A stretch of DNA of 63,834 nucleotides, counting the filler, from Collodictyon triciliatum (lineage: Eukaryota), in assembly GCA_043381765.1 (NCBI GenBank). It is 4 parts of 4 records of this genome, joined end to end, with 100 filler letters (N's around TTAATTAATTAA, not from the genome) between each part and the next. Parts side by side here need not be neighbours in the genome. Positions count along the whole stretch, not along the records: positions 44,884 to 59,618 come from JBHJMP010000383.1; positions 59,719 to 63,834 come from JBHJMP010000419.1; 2 more parts are not named here. The stretch is one strand, 5' to 3'. Positions 45,107-59,787 of the stretch are shown in pieces; the stretch's first letter is position 1, and each line of letters starts with the position of its first letter. Under the pieces are notes generated by a model. That model was not told the origin of the DNA and ran no database searches. It saw only the letters and a list, made by a program, of their open reading frames with translations. The translations under genes and the position numbers were made by a program.

Positions 45107-48100
45107 GTGAAGGACTTATTTGAATCATCGATGACTCTTTTGAAGTACTCTGAAAAGTCCGCTGATGTAATGAATACACTTGCTGTGAAGCTAATCAACA
45201 TGGACTGGTTCCGGAGGGTAAAACTCTCATATTTTTTTCGATTATTTCTAAAAAAAAATTCTGAATAATCATACTAATATAAATCAAAGTTACATTAATA
45301 ACTTGGAGACATGAAAATTCAGGGGAAATATGGCCCGCTGGCAAGTTTGGTTCGATTCATGCTACCATCCAAGCTGGTTTCGTTATCTCCTCGTTTTCTT
45401 TTCAATATGTTTAAAGCGCTTGAGTAAGTTTAACATAATTCTAAAATGATATAATAAACTCAACTGAGCTGAATGTGGACCAAGCAAACACCAGCTTTAT
45501 ATTACTATGAGTTCTCGTAAACTTATAAATAGTCAGTCACTCAAAACGAATCAACCATTGAATCATTTACAGAGAACAACATCTCCATGTCATAGTGGCA
45601 GACTTTTATTGTAATTTTTGTCGCAATTTGAATGCAGAGAATCCAGCAACAGTACGTTTTACTCACCACCATTTCTGCTTCCTAACCTATCACCAATATC
45701 GATATCAAAGTCGTCGTTATGATTATCATTGGTCTTATTCTTGGAATATGCGCTTACCAATTCAATCTTGAAATTGCACTAGAAACCCTTGAATCAGAGT
45801 TGGAAGGCAGTCATGCAATCAATAATTTATGCCGGAACTCATCCAGACTATCGCATTCGTGAAGGAGTACTCAACTCCGTTCTTCCATCTATCCTTAAAT
45901 CTCAATCTGATTTCCTGTCTCATCTCTTGGATGAGATAGATTTACTTTCTTTGGAGAATCCTGTTGAGTGCAGTAATTTCAGGATTGGTGTCCTTCGAAA
46001 TGCCAAGATTGTCGGCAAACTTAATGCAGTAGAGAATCAAGAATTGCGTAAATTTTCAGGATATAGATAATGTGAAACATTAGATTATTTTTTTTTTAAT
46101 ATAAACGAAGCGTATTCATTAACATACAATTACTTAGTTTCCACAAATATCACATCCGCTCTTACCCACATTGATGACACAACCCGTCTTTCTGCATGGG
46201 AATTATTGCTGAACAACCCAAAAACTGTAACTAAATGACAATCTATGCTTTATCTTGACCCTCACAAGACTTTATCGGTTACTCAGTCAAATATCACTAA
46301 TTTTCAAATTTATGTAACGCTATAGTATGTTACGATTTCAGCAGAAATTTTTATAAATTTTTTTTTTCCATTAACTCGGTTAAATAAAAAGGGCGAGTTA
46401 CCTTCGCAACTAGAACTGAATATGATATATACGTACCTACCAACTCTGTGTAAAAGCTTTAGCCCTGGGTTTCGTCAATCTATCATATCCGTTCTGAAAA
46501 GGTTGGCTTCTTCAACTCGTAGGCCATTCCCTCGTCATCTTGTATATTCAAAACTTACCATTATATTATTTCAGATTCTTTATGAGATACAAGACAAGCC
46601 TGGCAGCATATTTCAAGCGAGGAATGAGCTGGTTGAATGTATTTTATTTTATTAAATTTTATTCTTGTAAGTATTATGCAATCCATACTTCAAATATCGA
46701 CGGTCTAACATTAATTTTGCGCACAGAAACAAAAACAAGCAGCACCTGGGTTAGATGTTGATACAGAACTTTCAAAGGATGAAACGCTTGTAAAAGCGAT
46801 CGATTTTCACAGATGGCTACTTCTTACCCTCCAAGGAATGCTAAATCCATCTGCAATATTCCAGAGAAAAACTATTGGTATTGATATCTACAAGGTTATC
46901 TTATTATTGGATCGTAATGTTAATAGATCTATGTGTTTTATACAACTATGTGAATCTTAGTATCGGGTCATGCGTTTTGATCATTAAGCTCTACTGTTGA
47001 ATCGCCACAAAAGATCCTTGTTGATACGTGGACCGATCCGTCCAACTCTGAAATTGAGCATTTGCTGAAGAAATTTCTCAAAATTGAGCTTTTCACCCCC
47101 GATTGGCTGGAAACAACCCTCATATGCTTCAGAGATACATGGGACACTCTTAGAAGGTGATTTATACGTCCCTATGCATTTTTCAGCGCTCTTATATTAT
47201 GAAAGTCATTCATAACCTTACATTCATGTCAGAAATATCGTAAGAATAAGAACTAAACGATTAGAAATCGGTTTTCTGCAATATATACACAGAGAAAAAA
47301 AATGGCTACAAGATTCAAGATAATTATTAATGTGGCGCGTTTTGTCATCGTTAGCCAATCAAACGCTCTGTTACTGCAGTTCCCGTGTCCTTTCCCAACT
47401 TACGAGAGTCCCCAGACTTTGCAACCTCTGATCGATCGTGCTGTGGAGCAAGTAGGAATTAAACTCTTTGAATTCAATTATTACTCAAACTTTTACTATT
47501 TTCCTCACAACAATAAGCTTCGCTTCAACTTTGATATTTGTATTTTACCATCAAAGTTAAAAGTGATTCGACAGTCCCGTGTAATGGGTCGCTCACGTCC
47601 ATGAGCTTGCTCTCATCAATATATAATTAATTACAACACCAAAACAGCTTATGACACCGAGAAGCCGTGACTCTGATCCTGGCGCCCTATTTCTTCGCCT
47701 TGTTTTTGCAAAATATGTCAGAGAGGGGTTTTGGAAGTTTGAAATTCAGAACCGGAAGGTCCTTGTCTGTGATTCAAAGTATGAATCTCGAGGTCAAGGT
47801 GATTTCCCTACTTCCTTAATCTTTCTTTGTGTATCCTTGCATATGTTGCTGTAATTTGAAAATATATTCAGAACGAAAGAGCAACTTGACTGTAGTGCTA
47901 ACCATGTGTTGTAAGCCGAGGTTGGATTTTGGGGGATTTGGATTCAGCTTCTGGAAAACTTTATTGACGCCTCTGGTTCCGATTTTCAAACAACATGTTC
48001 ATCTAACCCATTCCATGGGACCATGCATTTGATCAGGTATATCATTTGATATGCAATCGTTTCTAATTTTTCCTCTTTTACTAATACATAAAAGTAATAA

Positions 48101-48803
48101 GAGACTCTACGTAAATACTTATCACTAAACAAATTATACAGGTTAATTTTTGAAGAGATTGAATTTTCGGTCTTCAAAGGAAGAGACTTTGTTGCATTGA
48201 AGGAATCAATCTCAAAGCTCATCAAACTTCTCGACCGCGCAACAACATTAGTTCTCTGGGTGATTTCTGACTCTGCTGTCATTGACGACCCTATGGCTGA
48301 GTTTGTTGAATCTTTTATCATTTACACTCCCCTTTTTTTTTCTTCTTTCTAATATATAATAAACCCTAATTATCTTCATATCAATCTATTTAAATGACTC
48401 GTTATAAATGTACATACTAGAGATGAAGAGAATGATGAAGATGATGACGAACAAGATGAAAACCTCTGGGAGGTTGCTCCTAATCAGGTCTTTCGGCTCA
48501 GTTGTTGGCTTATAACTAAGGAAATAAGCATGACTTTGGGCTCGTTAGCCAAAAGAATACCCATGTACTCGCCAAGGGTTTCATTTTTATTAAAATTCCT
48601 GCCTCTTCAATAATATAATTTATCACCAAAGAGCATTACACTTGTTTTCTCGTTGATTTCATGCACATGATCATAATCATAGGAAAATCGGATACCTTAC
48701 TTGACCATAGATGAATTTAAGGACATTGGTGATAGGCTACAAAAGATATTGCTGTGCTCTCGACATAATGGTGTAATCGATAAGGTACACAACGAACGAA
48801 TAT

Positions 48804-48834
<31 letters not shown>

Positions 48835-50331
48835 TTCTTCCTTTTATGGCGAAACAAGCATGACATGGCTCTTGAGTAGATCTCTTGTAATGTGAAGACG
48901 TGACTTGTTGAACACAAAGAGTTGAATTAAAATAAAATAGACGTATCTCGCGTTCAATGAATTTTGTCACCGCCTTTTGACATCTGAAGTCACCGAATCG
49001 AGAGTTTTCCCGTCAGAATGGCTGGAAGTATTTTTACTTTTACTTCATATTGTCTTATAGAAATCTGACTTGCACTCTGTCTTGCTCCGCAAGAATGCAG
49101 TAAACAATAATTACATCTGCGCAAATACTTTACTCATACCCTAATTATGTAGAATACCATACAACTGATATACAAGGAAACATACATCCTCCGAAGAAGC
49201 GCTGGCATCCCATTCTCGTTCCTGGCAATCCTAAGAGCTGAGCCAGGTCACCTTCCACCTGTTTTGCTTCATCAAGTAATGAAGCGTCTGTTATCTATAG
49301 CTCGAGGCGAGGACCCTACAGCATCCCCTACATGCATGGTGAATATTGTGCTTTAAATTTTTTTTAATATAGGGGGGTTTCCCGCTCTCATTCTCTTCAT
49401 CCCTTTCTGTAGTGTATATATTAACCGCCCCTCATTTATGTGTTACCCAATTCGCATTGTGTGTATCACATGCTTCATCATCTAAGGTTGAATCCTGATT
49501 TTTTATATTATTATTTATATACCCTTCCTTTTGCGCAAACATTATTTTACATATGTCTAACTTGTCATTTTATGTAGGTTCATGCTTTGAATGTGCTAAA
49601 GGCGATATATCGAGACCGCATGCTTAGTTCTGACTCTCTTCAGTACATATCTGATGGTCTTATTCTGGCCATTAGAGGATTTATGTCTCCAAGGTTTACT
49701 TGAGCAGATATCAATCTACTACTTCCTCCAATATATTACAAAGCATGGGCGTTCAGCAATATTGGAAAATTTAACCTTCACTGAAATTATGAATAATAGC
49801 TGGAGCATCCGGAATTCGTGCACTATGTGCTACACCACCATAATTGCTCGCATTTTTCGGAACAAAAAAGTTCGGGATGAGCACTCTGTCCGAAATGGAA
49901 TTACTGGAGCTGAATTTTTTGCAAAGTTTCATGCTTTATATGAATTTCTTTTGGACCAACTGAAAATTGCCACATCTTCCCCGTTAATGAAGCAGGTTTG
50001 ATCCAACAAATAATCGTTCCATCTATTTAGTGATCATCTTCATGGAAATCGTTATACTTTTGCAACAGAACAAAAAAAAAAAAAAGACATAAAATGTGTC
50101 CATCTTATATATTACTTTAGATATCTGTGATAACAGTCAACTCTATACAGAGATAAATGGAGTTACTGAAAGGTACTATATTTAAAACAGCGAGCTGGTG
50201 ATTTGGGAGGATATGTGCACCCGACTTTATATCAAGTACTGCTCCTTCTCTCAAAGTTACTTCCATCTGCCACTGAGACAATCAGCCGCCATCCTCTATC
50301 AGCGTACATCCCATATGTTAANNNNNNNNNN

Positions 50332-50424
<93 letters not shown>

Positions 50425-53400
50425 TGAAAGGTGAGGTACATGGCTGCGAGGGCGTTGGCTCCACTCTTACCTACCAGTAATTTATCTTCATACTTGGAAG
50501 TTGAGTTCCAAGGAATATGCAAAGGTCATCATTATTCGAGTTATGAAGCCCCAATAGAATATGATATTGTCTGTCATATTTCATCAGCATTATGGTTTAA
50601 TTCAAGCGTATCGAAGTTTGAAAACGGTTTACCTTATCAGACTCTGATGGATGGTCGAGCAATAATTTCCATGGGGTTATTCTCCAGATTTCAGAAATTT
50701 TATCAGTCCACATAAACCTCATGTCCAAGCTTGATCAGAAAAGTATTATGTTATGTTTTACACTTGTCTTTTCACTTGAATATACATATATTAAAATCCC
50801 TCCACAGTGTTTTACACATGGTACTGGTGTGCATATATGATTGACTACTTCCTTAAGCCCTCATTTATTGTTTAATCAATAATAACCCCCATTTTGTGCA
50901 TACGACGTTCCTAACAACTAGCTTTCTTGGATAAAATTTGTGCTGGGTTGGTTCAAATCATTCCTCATGTCGAGAAAAAAACTGGGTGTCACCTGCTTCA
51001 ATTCAATTTTCTTCAAATAGTGGCAAAATCCATCTTACCTTTCTACACCATAGGTATGTGATGATTCAAGACTAAGTGAAACTTTTCCCACTCTTTAATT
51101 CAAAGCAAAAATTTTTCTTATTTCGGATAATTCGAATACTCTAGTAAAAAAAAAAAAAAAGGATTTAAAAAAACCTTCTCCTTGGAATGCTCTCAATTTT
51201 CCACATAAAATATACAGCGCTCAATCCTATGATGAATATGACGTTTACGTATTTATTAGATGATACAAGAGCGATGAAATTCAGTAACTTCACCAAGTTC
51301 TTGAAGCACATATGCGAATATTCAAAGAAACTCACAGAAAGACCATATTCTGCCTACGAAGTATATTTTGGATTCTCTAAGCTACAATTTATTTTATTTT
51401 GAAAAAGATGAAATGATACCAAAATTTACTTAATGAAATGTTGAATAATGTGTTATTTGTTCAATTTCAGCCTGCTATTTGTGAAGTAAGAAAGCTTTCT
51501 GCATCTGTCTTTATCGACGCATATTTAAGAGAAGAAAACATCGAGCCTGATGTTGTTTCTCGTCTGCTTGGAGACCATTCCTGTGTCGTTCGAGCCACGT
51601 GCGCCAAAATCGTCTCCAGAAAAGCAAAAGATGGTTGCCTATCGTACGTTCAAAAAAAAAAAAAACATAAATACGAGTGCTATGTAAATAAAATATTTAT
51701 GTATCGCCCAATATCCCTGAAACATTTTAAATCGTTAAAATCTTAATCATAGAAAGAAAGTGTAACTCTTTTTCTCTTTAGACCCGAGTCTTTGTTGATT
51801 CCGCTCTCCAAACAATTCCGTGATGAGACTGATCTGAAGTCCCTCAAAAGAATATCGTGTGCTTTGTCCGAAGTCCTTCTACAACATAATGTGGTTACCA
51901 ACTTTTCTCCCATAATAAGTATTTGGTAAAGAATTCGCAATAATATTTACGAGAGGGTTAACTCTTAATATTATTGAATTTAAGAAGCACGAAATAAGTC
52001 CCGAATCGAAGAAGGTGATTGTTGAAGTTGGCCGCCATATCCGTGATGAATATGAAAAATCAATCTTGCTTCAATCGGAATGCATTATTCCATTAATCGG
52101 GTCTATTTATGGAAAGGTATGTTGCCGTTCACAATTACCTTTTCTTTTGAAATGCTATTAAGTCCTTTTTCGTATGCAAGGGATTTTTATTACTATTTTT
52201 GTTACCAAACTAAATATTTAACTTTTTTTTTTCTTTTTAAAAAAAAAGATTGTTACTGAAAGTGATATTCAAGCTGACTATCTCAGCTTTTGGATTTCAG
52301 TCCTCCAAGAAAACTCTCAACCGGAAAAGGTCTGTTCATTTTGTGTGTCTCTAAAATGTGGAAATTTGAGAGTCCACGAAAACTGCGCGTTGATGTACTT
52401 TCGATGTGATGGTTAGGTCGTGACCGCTCGCGAGGCCTCTTTGGAGTCAATCAAGAATGCTAAAATTCAAAGGCACATTTCTTCTTCACTATGAAACCCT
52501 AAAGCGAAGGACTTTTAAACAGTTTATGTATTATTTTTTCTTCTGAACCTTAAAAAGAAAAGCTAAAACTGTTTATTCACAGAAAGCATTTAGATCTGAT
52601 GGGAGACAGAGGATTGGAGTTGTTGATTGTGTTGACAACATTTACGATTGATGATGATGGTTCGATGATTTATTAATGTGGTGTTTTTTAACTTTTTAAT
52701 TTCTGCCTCTAACCATTTCAACGGAACATATTTGAAGAGGATATCAGAAAAAAATGTGCTGGACACATCTCCAGGCTTCTTGGTCTGTCTTCCATGAATC
52801 TACCCGAGCGAGCTGTGGAGCTCTTATTCGACCATATGTCCAAAAACTATTCCACATCTCCAAAATACGCAAAGTATCTTGTATCACAGCTCGACATAAC
52901 AGGTTTTATTTGGTTGTGGTGTACTCTTGTATTTTTTTTTTATTAATATTTTGTGTTGTCAATCGGATGATATCTAATTTCGGTAATTGGCGATAGAAAT
53001 CCAAGCCCCGTCCAAAAACTCTGGAGTTATTTTCTTTCCAAAAGAAAAGGCGAATCTATATGTCGAGGCTACCTTTACGGCACATCTAGGCGCATGGTAC
53101 CTGAAAAAATACGTCGCCCAACCTGACCATAGCTCATGCAGCATCATCGATTCTCATCTTGAAGCTGTATGCAAGCAAATTATCCGAATTGAGTCACTCA
53201 TAGACGAATACCAGGTTTGTAATATCCCATCCCATCACCTATTTTTTTTCTTCGTGAGTGAGTGAGTGAGTGAGTGTGCTTCGTATCTAGATTCTTTTCT
53301 TTTCTTTTAATGACAAATAATTTCTTTCTTAAACCCAGATAACCGGGCCGTTTGCTTGGATGCCGATGTCTGAGACCTACAGCCACTTCACCAAACTCCT

Positions 53401-53527
53401 TCTAAGTCTCGAGGCCTTGCTAGATGTGATTCCTAAAGCCAGACTGCTTGAGATGAAAGGTAATGTAGTCGAGCAAAACACGCCTAATGGCATTCGTATT
53501 GGCTTTTTCTTTACCATTGAAGAATAA
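45107..53527 (+). CDS. THADA: THADA / Trm732 (tRNA 2'-O-methyltransferase partner, DUF2428), 5'-truncated
   Basis: Motifs DWFRR|GKYGPL, LMTPRSRDSDPGA, LLCSRHNGVIDK, LRRSAGIPF, VHALNVLKAIYRD, WSIRNSCTMCYTTIIARIF, EFFAKFHALYEFLL, LYQVLLLLSKL, RYMAARALAP, FPKEKANLYVE; stop at 53525-53527. Confidence 0.92.
50332..50424. repeat. (TTA)n in a THADA intron
   Basis: Directly visible. Confidence 0.95.
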
Positions 53528-54248
53528 GTGAAATGTATGCAAATGTTTCTGCAGAGGAAATCTGTTGAATTTGTTTGCGACTTTGCAGAGCCAATCGAGC
53601 GATTGCGCAGCTTCCTCCCGGTTTTTTCCTCTGTGTTCAAACACAACAGCACTGCGAAGGTCGCAAACTTCCTGCAACCCACATTTTACCTACTCACAAA
53701 CACGATGTCGAGCGAGGCGGTGGCTCCAGTCCACAATCAACATCTTTGAGATTGAAAAAAAAGGAGAGGAAATAAAGCAAATCTTTTACAATCCAACTGA
53801 TTCAAAAGAGAGAAAGATACACCGGTTGATGTCTGTGTTTGTTTTTGTCTGTGCAACTTCGCCACGCCCTATTCCAATATTGGTGTAATCAGACGCACAT
53901 CTCTGACTCCTGAATCCAAGACAGCAGCGCAACATACAAATACCCTCGCCTCCGCAACTGATTCAGAGATTACAACATTAAAATATACATTTTCTTCTCC
54001 TTTTCTTCCTTTTTTTTTTTTTTTTAAAGAAAAACAAAAGATAGCAATATATCTCACAACGTTAGCCAATGCCAAACCACCAGCATCTCAGCAAGGAAAG
54101 CAAGTATGAGTGCGTATCACTGGAAAGAATAGAAAACAACACGAATGTACGCATCCGAACGTGTATCTATTGAAAAAGGAATACAAGAATTGCTATGCAA
54201 TACAGCTAAGCCAGAACATGTTCACAAGGTGAAAGAGGACAAGAGAAT

Positions 54249-57200
54249 ATGGCCGACGAAAAAGCCCTTCAAAAGCCGAGATCCCCGTTCCTTGTGCCGC
54301 TCAATACTCACAGCTCGAGGCCGCCGAGAAGCTCGCAGTCGCAGTCGCCCCCGAACGCCGGGCTTTACAGCCAGGCCATGACTCAGAACTTCCCAGAACT
54401 TGTAAAGCAGGAAAATGGCATCTCCCTTCAAAAGCAGACCTTCAAGGAAACCAGCCCGCCGCTCCTTCTACCAGAACAAAGAGGAACAATATACGCAGCA
54501 CAAAGCAGTCCGCAACACTACTCGTATGTAAATGCAGCACAGGCTTTGAGCCAACGACAGTACGTTGACCTGCCGTCGTTTCCGTCTGAGCAAAGAGAAA
54601 GGATGCAAGCAGAGCAGTCCATTCTTCAACAACATGCTCGTCCGTATGCGAATACGACGCAGGTTGGGCCTGTGGTTCCTAAAAGACACAGCCCCGTCCA
54701 TGTTTATGAGCAGAGCCATAGTGGACACAGTAAAGCAAGGTTTCCCGACAGTACTAATATTTCGGAGCCAATCAGACCAGGCGAAAGTGACGCCTCGCGA
54801 GAATTGAAACTTGTGCCTTGCCTTCCACCACCATCAAGTACTTTATTCATTCCAAAATGTATACCAAATATTTAAATCACGCTTTGAATAAATAAAAAGA
54901 TATAAAAAAATGAAAGTATAAGTTCATCAATCATTGTCCTTGATGAATCGCCGTTTTGAAATGCTAAGTTGAACAATAGATAGAACATTCGCACGCCCTA
55001 TTCAAGCGGGGGTTAGTAGTGCTCATGAGACAAATACGCCCCAACAGGTTCAGCCTCATGTGTTACATTTCGAGCAAGAAAGTGAGCTGAAAACAACAAA
55101 TACTGCCCCTGGAGACGCCGATGATTCGTTTTTTGCAGAACCTGTCAGGGAGAATTATGTATGCAACAATACATTCTTTTAACCATATCAATGAAGTATC
55201 AGTGGCTTAAGCACACAAGTCATTGCCATTTAGTTCTTTGTAAAAACTAGTGTTGGTTCATTGATATTTTACATCTAACAAATAGAAAAAGGACATTCAT
55301 GTATTACTGAGAACATGGAGGCCAATATCCAGGTTCCCTTTTATTCTAACTTGAAAAAATAATTCCTCTACATAATATATCATAATCCATCAAACCATAT
55401 ATTCGAAATATCAATATTAGGATACCCACACCTCCAAAATCAACAACGAGGTATGATGCTACATAAATGATGAATTATAGAGTGCAACTTCAGTACCAAT
55501 TTTTACTTTACAAAAACAGAAAGGAAAAGCAAACAAAACAAAACAAAACAAAAACAAAACAAAACAAAACAAAACAAAACAAAACAAAACAAAACAAAAC
55601 AAAACAAAACAAAACAAAACAAAACAAAACAAAACAAAACAAAACAAAACAACAAAAAAAACAAATAGTTCGAGTAAATGTGTTTGAAACATAAATAACT
55701 GCTTTATCGATTTATATTATGTACTAAATAAAAAACATTCGAACCAGTGGGCAGACCACCCCCCAGATACAGCTCACTGAAGTTGCCAAAAAGACCAAGG
55801 CCCCCACAAGAGTATCAGATATTCCACAGGAACTTCGTGATTCATTTTTGCAAACTTGGGATCAAATCATACTGTCATCCATGAATTCCTCTTTAACTCG
55901 GACCTCTCGGAACGTTTCTGTGGAAGAGGCACAGGCAGTAATTGCATGCAGTGTTTGTGATTCGAGTGTGCCCCTCAGCCAGTCATGTTAGTACCCATAA
56001 ATCTACTATCTGAAAATATGGCAAATATCGGTAATTTTAAACAAACAAACAAAAGTTTGAATAAATAAACATAATGTCATTAATTTATCGTTACAAAATT
56101 CAGACGCAATAAAGTCTTGCCAGCATGTATTTTGCTTGGAGGTTGGATTTATATTCATTTTGACCTTTTAACTTGCAGTCAACTGTTTCAATCTACGTTT
56201 AAAAGGCTAAATTATGATTTAAATGAATACATTTAGTGCATGAGAGGTTACATAGAATCCAAAATTGGACAAAATGAAATGATGGAAATAAGGTTTCCCA
56301 AACATTCATGTGATATTAAAAATAACCTTTTCATAATGCACTATTTCTTGAAAAAAAGACAAATTATTCTTAAGCTAAGCAATACATATACATATAATTA
56401 AAGATGTATGGAAGAGTCTTGTCCAGGGGTTGTTGGGCCCGATGAAGTATTTTTCATAGAAAAAAAATTCGTATCAAATTTTAGAGCGAGTATCAAATCA
56501 ATCAATATTGGATATCCTCATGCTAAATTATCATAGGTTTCCTTCTTTATTTATATCACTTACCAACATTAGGTTCGAGCGATTGTTTCGGTTGATTTAT
56601 ACAACCGTTACGATGAACTTCTTTTCAAGGAGGCTCTTAGAAGGGAACCGAATGCGAGGTTAGAAACCCTTTTATTTGATTTCGATACTTTTGTAACCAT
56701 ATGCGTCGTATCATACAGCAATTAACATCATTCTTCATCATGTATGAAAACAAACTCGCAGATGGTGCCCAAAAGGATGCAATTTCGTTATAATTGGAGA
56801 CCCGCTGTTACCAAAAATCAAATGTAGCCAATGCAAGTCATATATCTGCTTTCACTGTAGGGAGACGGTGAGTAATTATATATAAACTCAGAACGAAAAC
56901 ACCATAAGTAAAGTATTCTCGTTTTCTGAACATCACGTTTTATAGTGGCATGCTCCCATCTCTTGTGAAGAGGCTGGTCAACTGCGACAACACGGAAATG
57001 GTGATTTAGAGTGAGTGTTCTCTGATTTCAATCATTATTGTTTCAAAAAGCAAGATGCCATCAAAAAGTACATCATGAGAAATTGTTTTGTTTTCAAATC
57101 CTTCCAAAATGATGTGGTATATTATTTACGTAATCAAAACAAAACAAAAAAAACATTCAGAAATCTGATGTGGATCAGACAACATGCTAAATTATGTCCG

Positions 57201-57605
57201 AGCTGCAACACTCCCATAGAAAAGAACCGCGGCTGGTAAGTTTTCATTCGAATGACAAGCAATTTTCCTGTTTGCACAAGGCTTATCCAAAGATACCCAC
57301 CCAGCAACCATATGACATGCAAGGCTTGCAAGAACGAATTCTGTTGGCTGTGTCTTACTGTGATTAAAGTATATATTTCCTTGCTCTAGCCCCAATCCTT
57401 TTTCATCCTCCAGATGCTATTGCACATAAATTGCTATTACGCATACCCTTATCTACGATACAACGAGATCATTCCTCTATTACAGTAAATCATGAGTTGA
57501 TACAGGCACACCACAACGCTTGATTTTCCTCTCAACGCACATGTCAATACTGCATCGCAGGGGACATCACACTTTAGAACTGGTCAATGTCCACAGTTCT
57601 CTTAG
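54249..57605 (+). CDS. RBR (RING1-IBR-RING2) E3 ubiquitin ligase with a long low-complexity N-terminus
   Basis: RING1 CSVC..CQHVFCLECMRGYI..CMEESC; IBR WCPKGC..CSQCKSYICFHCRETWHAPISC; RING2 [30 protein letters not shown] with the catalytic Cys; TAG at 57603-57605. Confidence 0.93.
55531..55650. repeat. (AAAAC)n in an RBR gene intron
   Basis: Directly visible. Confidence 0.95.
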
Positions 57606-58192
57606 CAACCAAGACTTCGGCCTCTCTGCACAAGTCATAGAATCGGCTGGCCGGTCAATCTGAACCCCCCACCGAGACGGAGCGCACTTTCACACACGCC
57701 TAAAACAACGAAGCCACACTTACTATAATAATAATAAAAAAAAAAAACAATGAAAAATCAGAAAAATATGAAACATAAACGAAGTATGCATGTTTTGGCG
57801 AGTTCGGGTTTGAGAAAGGTCGACAGATAACCATGAAAAACTGCGTATTGCACAAAGGCTTGTTTTATTTTTGTTTTATTTTTGTTTTATTTTTGTTTTA
57901 TTTTTGTTTTATTTTTGGGTTTTAATACACCACATTATCACGCCTTGCGTTATCTTCCTTCCACTTCTAAATGCATAATACGCTCGCCATTTCAACAAAC
58001 ATGTGAGACTCTACGCAGCCTTCTACCAAACCCATCCAAACTAAAAGCGGGCTGACAAACAATGAAAGAAAGAAAAGAAAGAAAAAGAAAGAAAAAGAAA
58101 GAAAAGAAAGAAAAGAAAGAAAAGAAAGAAAAGAAAGAAAGAAAAAGAACGAAAAAGAAAGAAATGTATCCTTCCATGACCAAGGCTCTTCT

Positions 58193-58718
58193 ATGCCGCT
58201 CATGCAGCCGATAATGCTTTGCGCGCTTCTTCGCCGCCCGCCTTTTGTCCGCTGCCTTGCCGCACGCATTTCCGGCTGTCCAACGTGTCCACCTTCGATC
58301 AAAACGCAGGCTGAGCCGAGTAATCCTGCTTTGCCGCCTGCTTCAGCACCCGAAATCGACTACGATCCGGCTGTGGGACTTTATCGCCGCCCGCTGCCTC
58401 CGAGACTCGTACCGTTTTCATCACAAGACGGGAAAAGACTTTTTCGAGAAGCTATGGAGCAAGGTTACTTGGAAGGATACTTTGCCCTTGCCGAGCAGGT
58501 TCTTTTCAGTTGTTTTTGATGTCTGTGTGTTTTGGTTCCATGATTCATCCGTATCCGAATAAAAGCGACGATACTGTGAATGCGTGTATTCTTTATGCAT
58601 GTTTATCTACGATTGAATCTTTATATCCATACCATAACTTTCACAGTTCATAGACAGACTATTGTGTTTGTTTCTATTCCATTCTATTTAAATTTATTTA
58701 TTTTTATTTTTATTTTTA

Positions 58719-58749
<31 letters not shown>

Positions 58750-59509
58750 TTTATTTTATTTTTATTTTATTTTTATTTTTATTTTTATTTTTATTTTTAT
58801 TTTTATTTTTTTTTCGCTCCTCCCCAGTATATCACGCAGAGCGAACCAGCGTACTGTGGTCTCGGGACGCTCTCGATGGTGCTCAACTCGCTGCAGCTGG
58901 ACCCAAACAGGCTGTGGAAAGGCCCATGGAGATGGTTCTCCGAGGAAATGTTAGATTGCTGCAAACCTCTCGATGTGAGTTGTACAAATATCATCGGCCA
59001 TGTTTTGTTGTTTCATACGTTTGCCTGTTTCTTTCTCGTATGAAAGTCCATCTTAATAAATAAGTTAACACCTTCCATTTTTATTTTACATGCAGTACGC
59101 AATTATTATTATTTTTTGCAAAATTTCATTTCAAGCAATCTGGCTCATAAATCATATATGTGTTTTTAAGATTGTTTAATTAGCTGGCTCATGTGCAATA
59201 GGTAATTAAAAAGGAGGGAATCACTTTCTCAGAATTCAGTTGTCTAGCACGCTGTAACGGTGCTAATGTCAGGGAATATCGTGGGGATGAGATGTAAAAC
59301 TCTTTAAGCCCACGAGGATACTATCTTGCTGAAATTTGCAATAACTGTACCCTGCCATAGCATTTTCATTTTAATGATAAAAGAAAACTTATTTCTAATC
59401 AACAGATCTGAAGAGCTCTTCAGAAGCCATGTAATCGAAGCTGCTACTAAAGAGCGGGTCCATTTGGTTTCATCATTCGGTCGGAAGGCTTTGGGGCAAA
59501 CTGGTGAAG
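58193..59509 (+). CDS. PCS1: Phytochelatin synthase (glutathione gamma-glutamylcysteinyltransferase), 3'-truncated
   Basis: [41 protein letters not shown] (catalytic Cys), [38 protein letters not shown]. The His and Asp of the triad lie beyond the spacer. Confidence 0.95.
58695..58813. repeat. (TTTTTA)n in PCS intron 1
   Basis: Directly visible. Confidence 0.9.
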
Positions 59510-59517
59510 GTTTGGTG

Positions 59518-59618
59518 ATACATACATACATACATACATACATACATACATACATACATACATACATACATACATACATACATACATACATACATACATA
59601 CATACATACATACATACA
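59518..59618. repeat. (CATA)n in a PCS intron at contig end
   Basis: Directly visible. Confidence 0.95.
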
Positions 59619-59718
59619 NNNNNNNNNNNNNNNNNNNNNNNNNNNNNNNNNNNNNNNNNNNNTTAATTAATTAANNNNNNNNNNNNNNNNNNNNNNNNNN
59701 NNNNNNNNNNNNNNNNNN
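59619..59718. other. Artificial contig spacer N44-TTAATTAATTAA-N44
   Basis: Same 100-nt spacer. Confidence 0.97.
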
Positions 59719-59787
59719 AAAATTTTTTTAACTTCTGAAGTTAAATATTGAAAAAAAAAAAAAAAAAAAAGGGAAGAAGGTAGGTAC

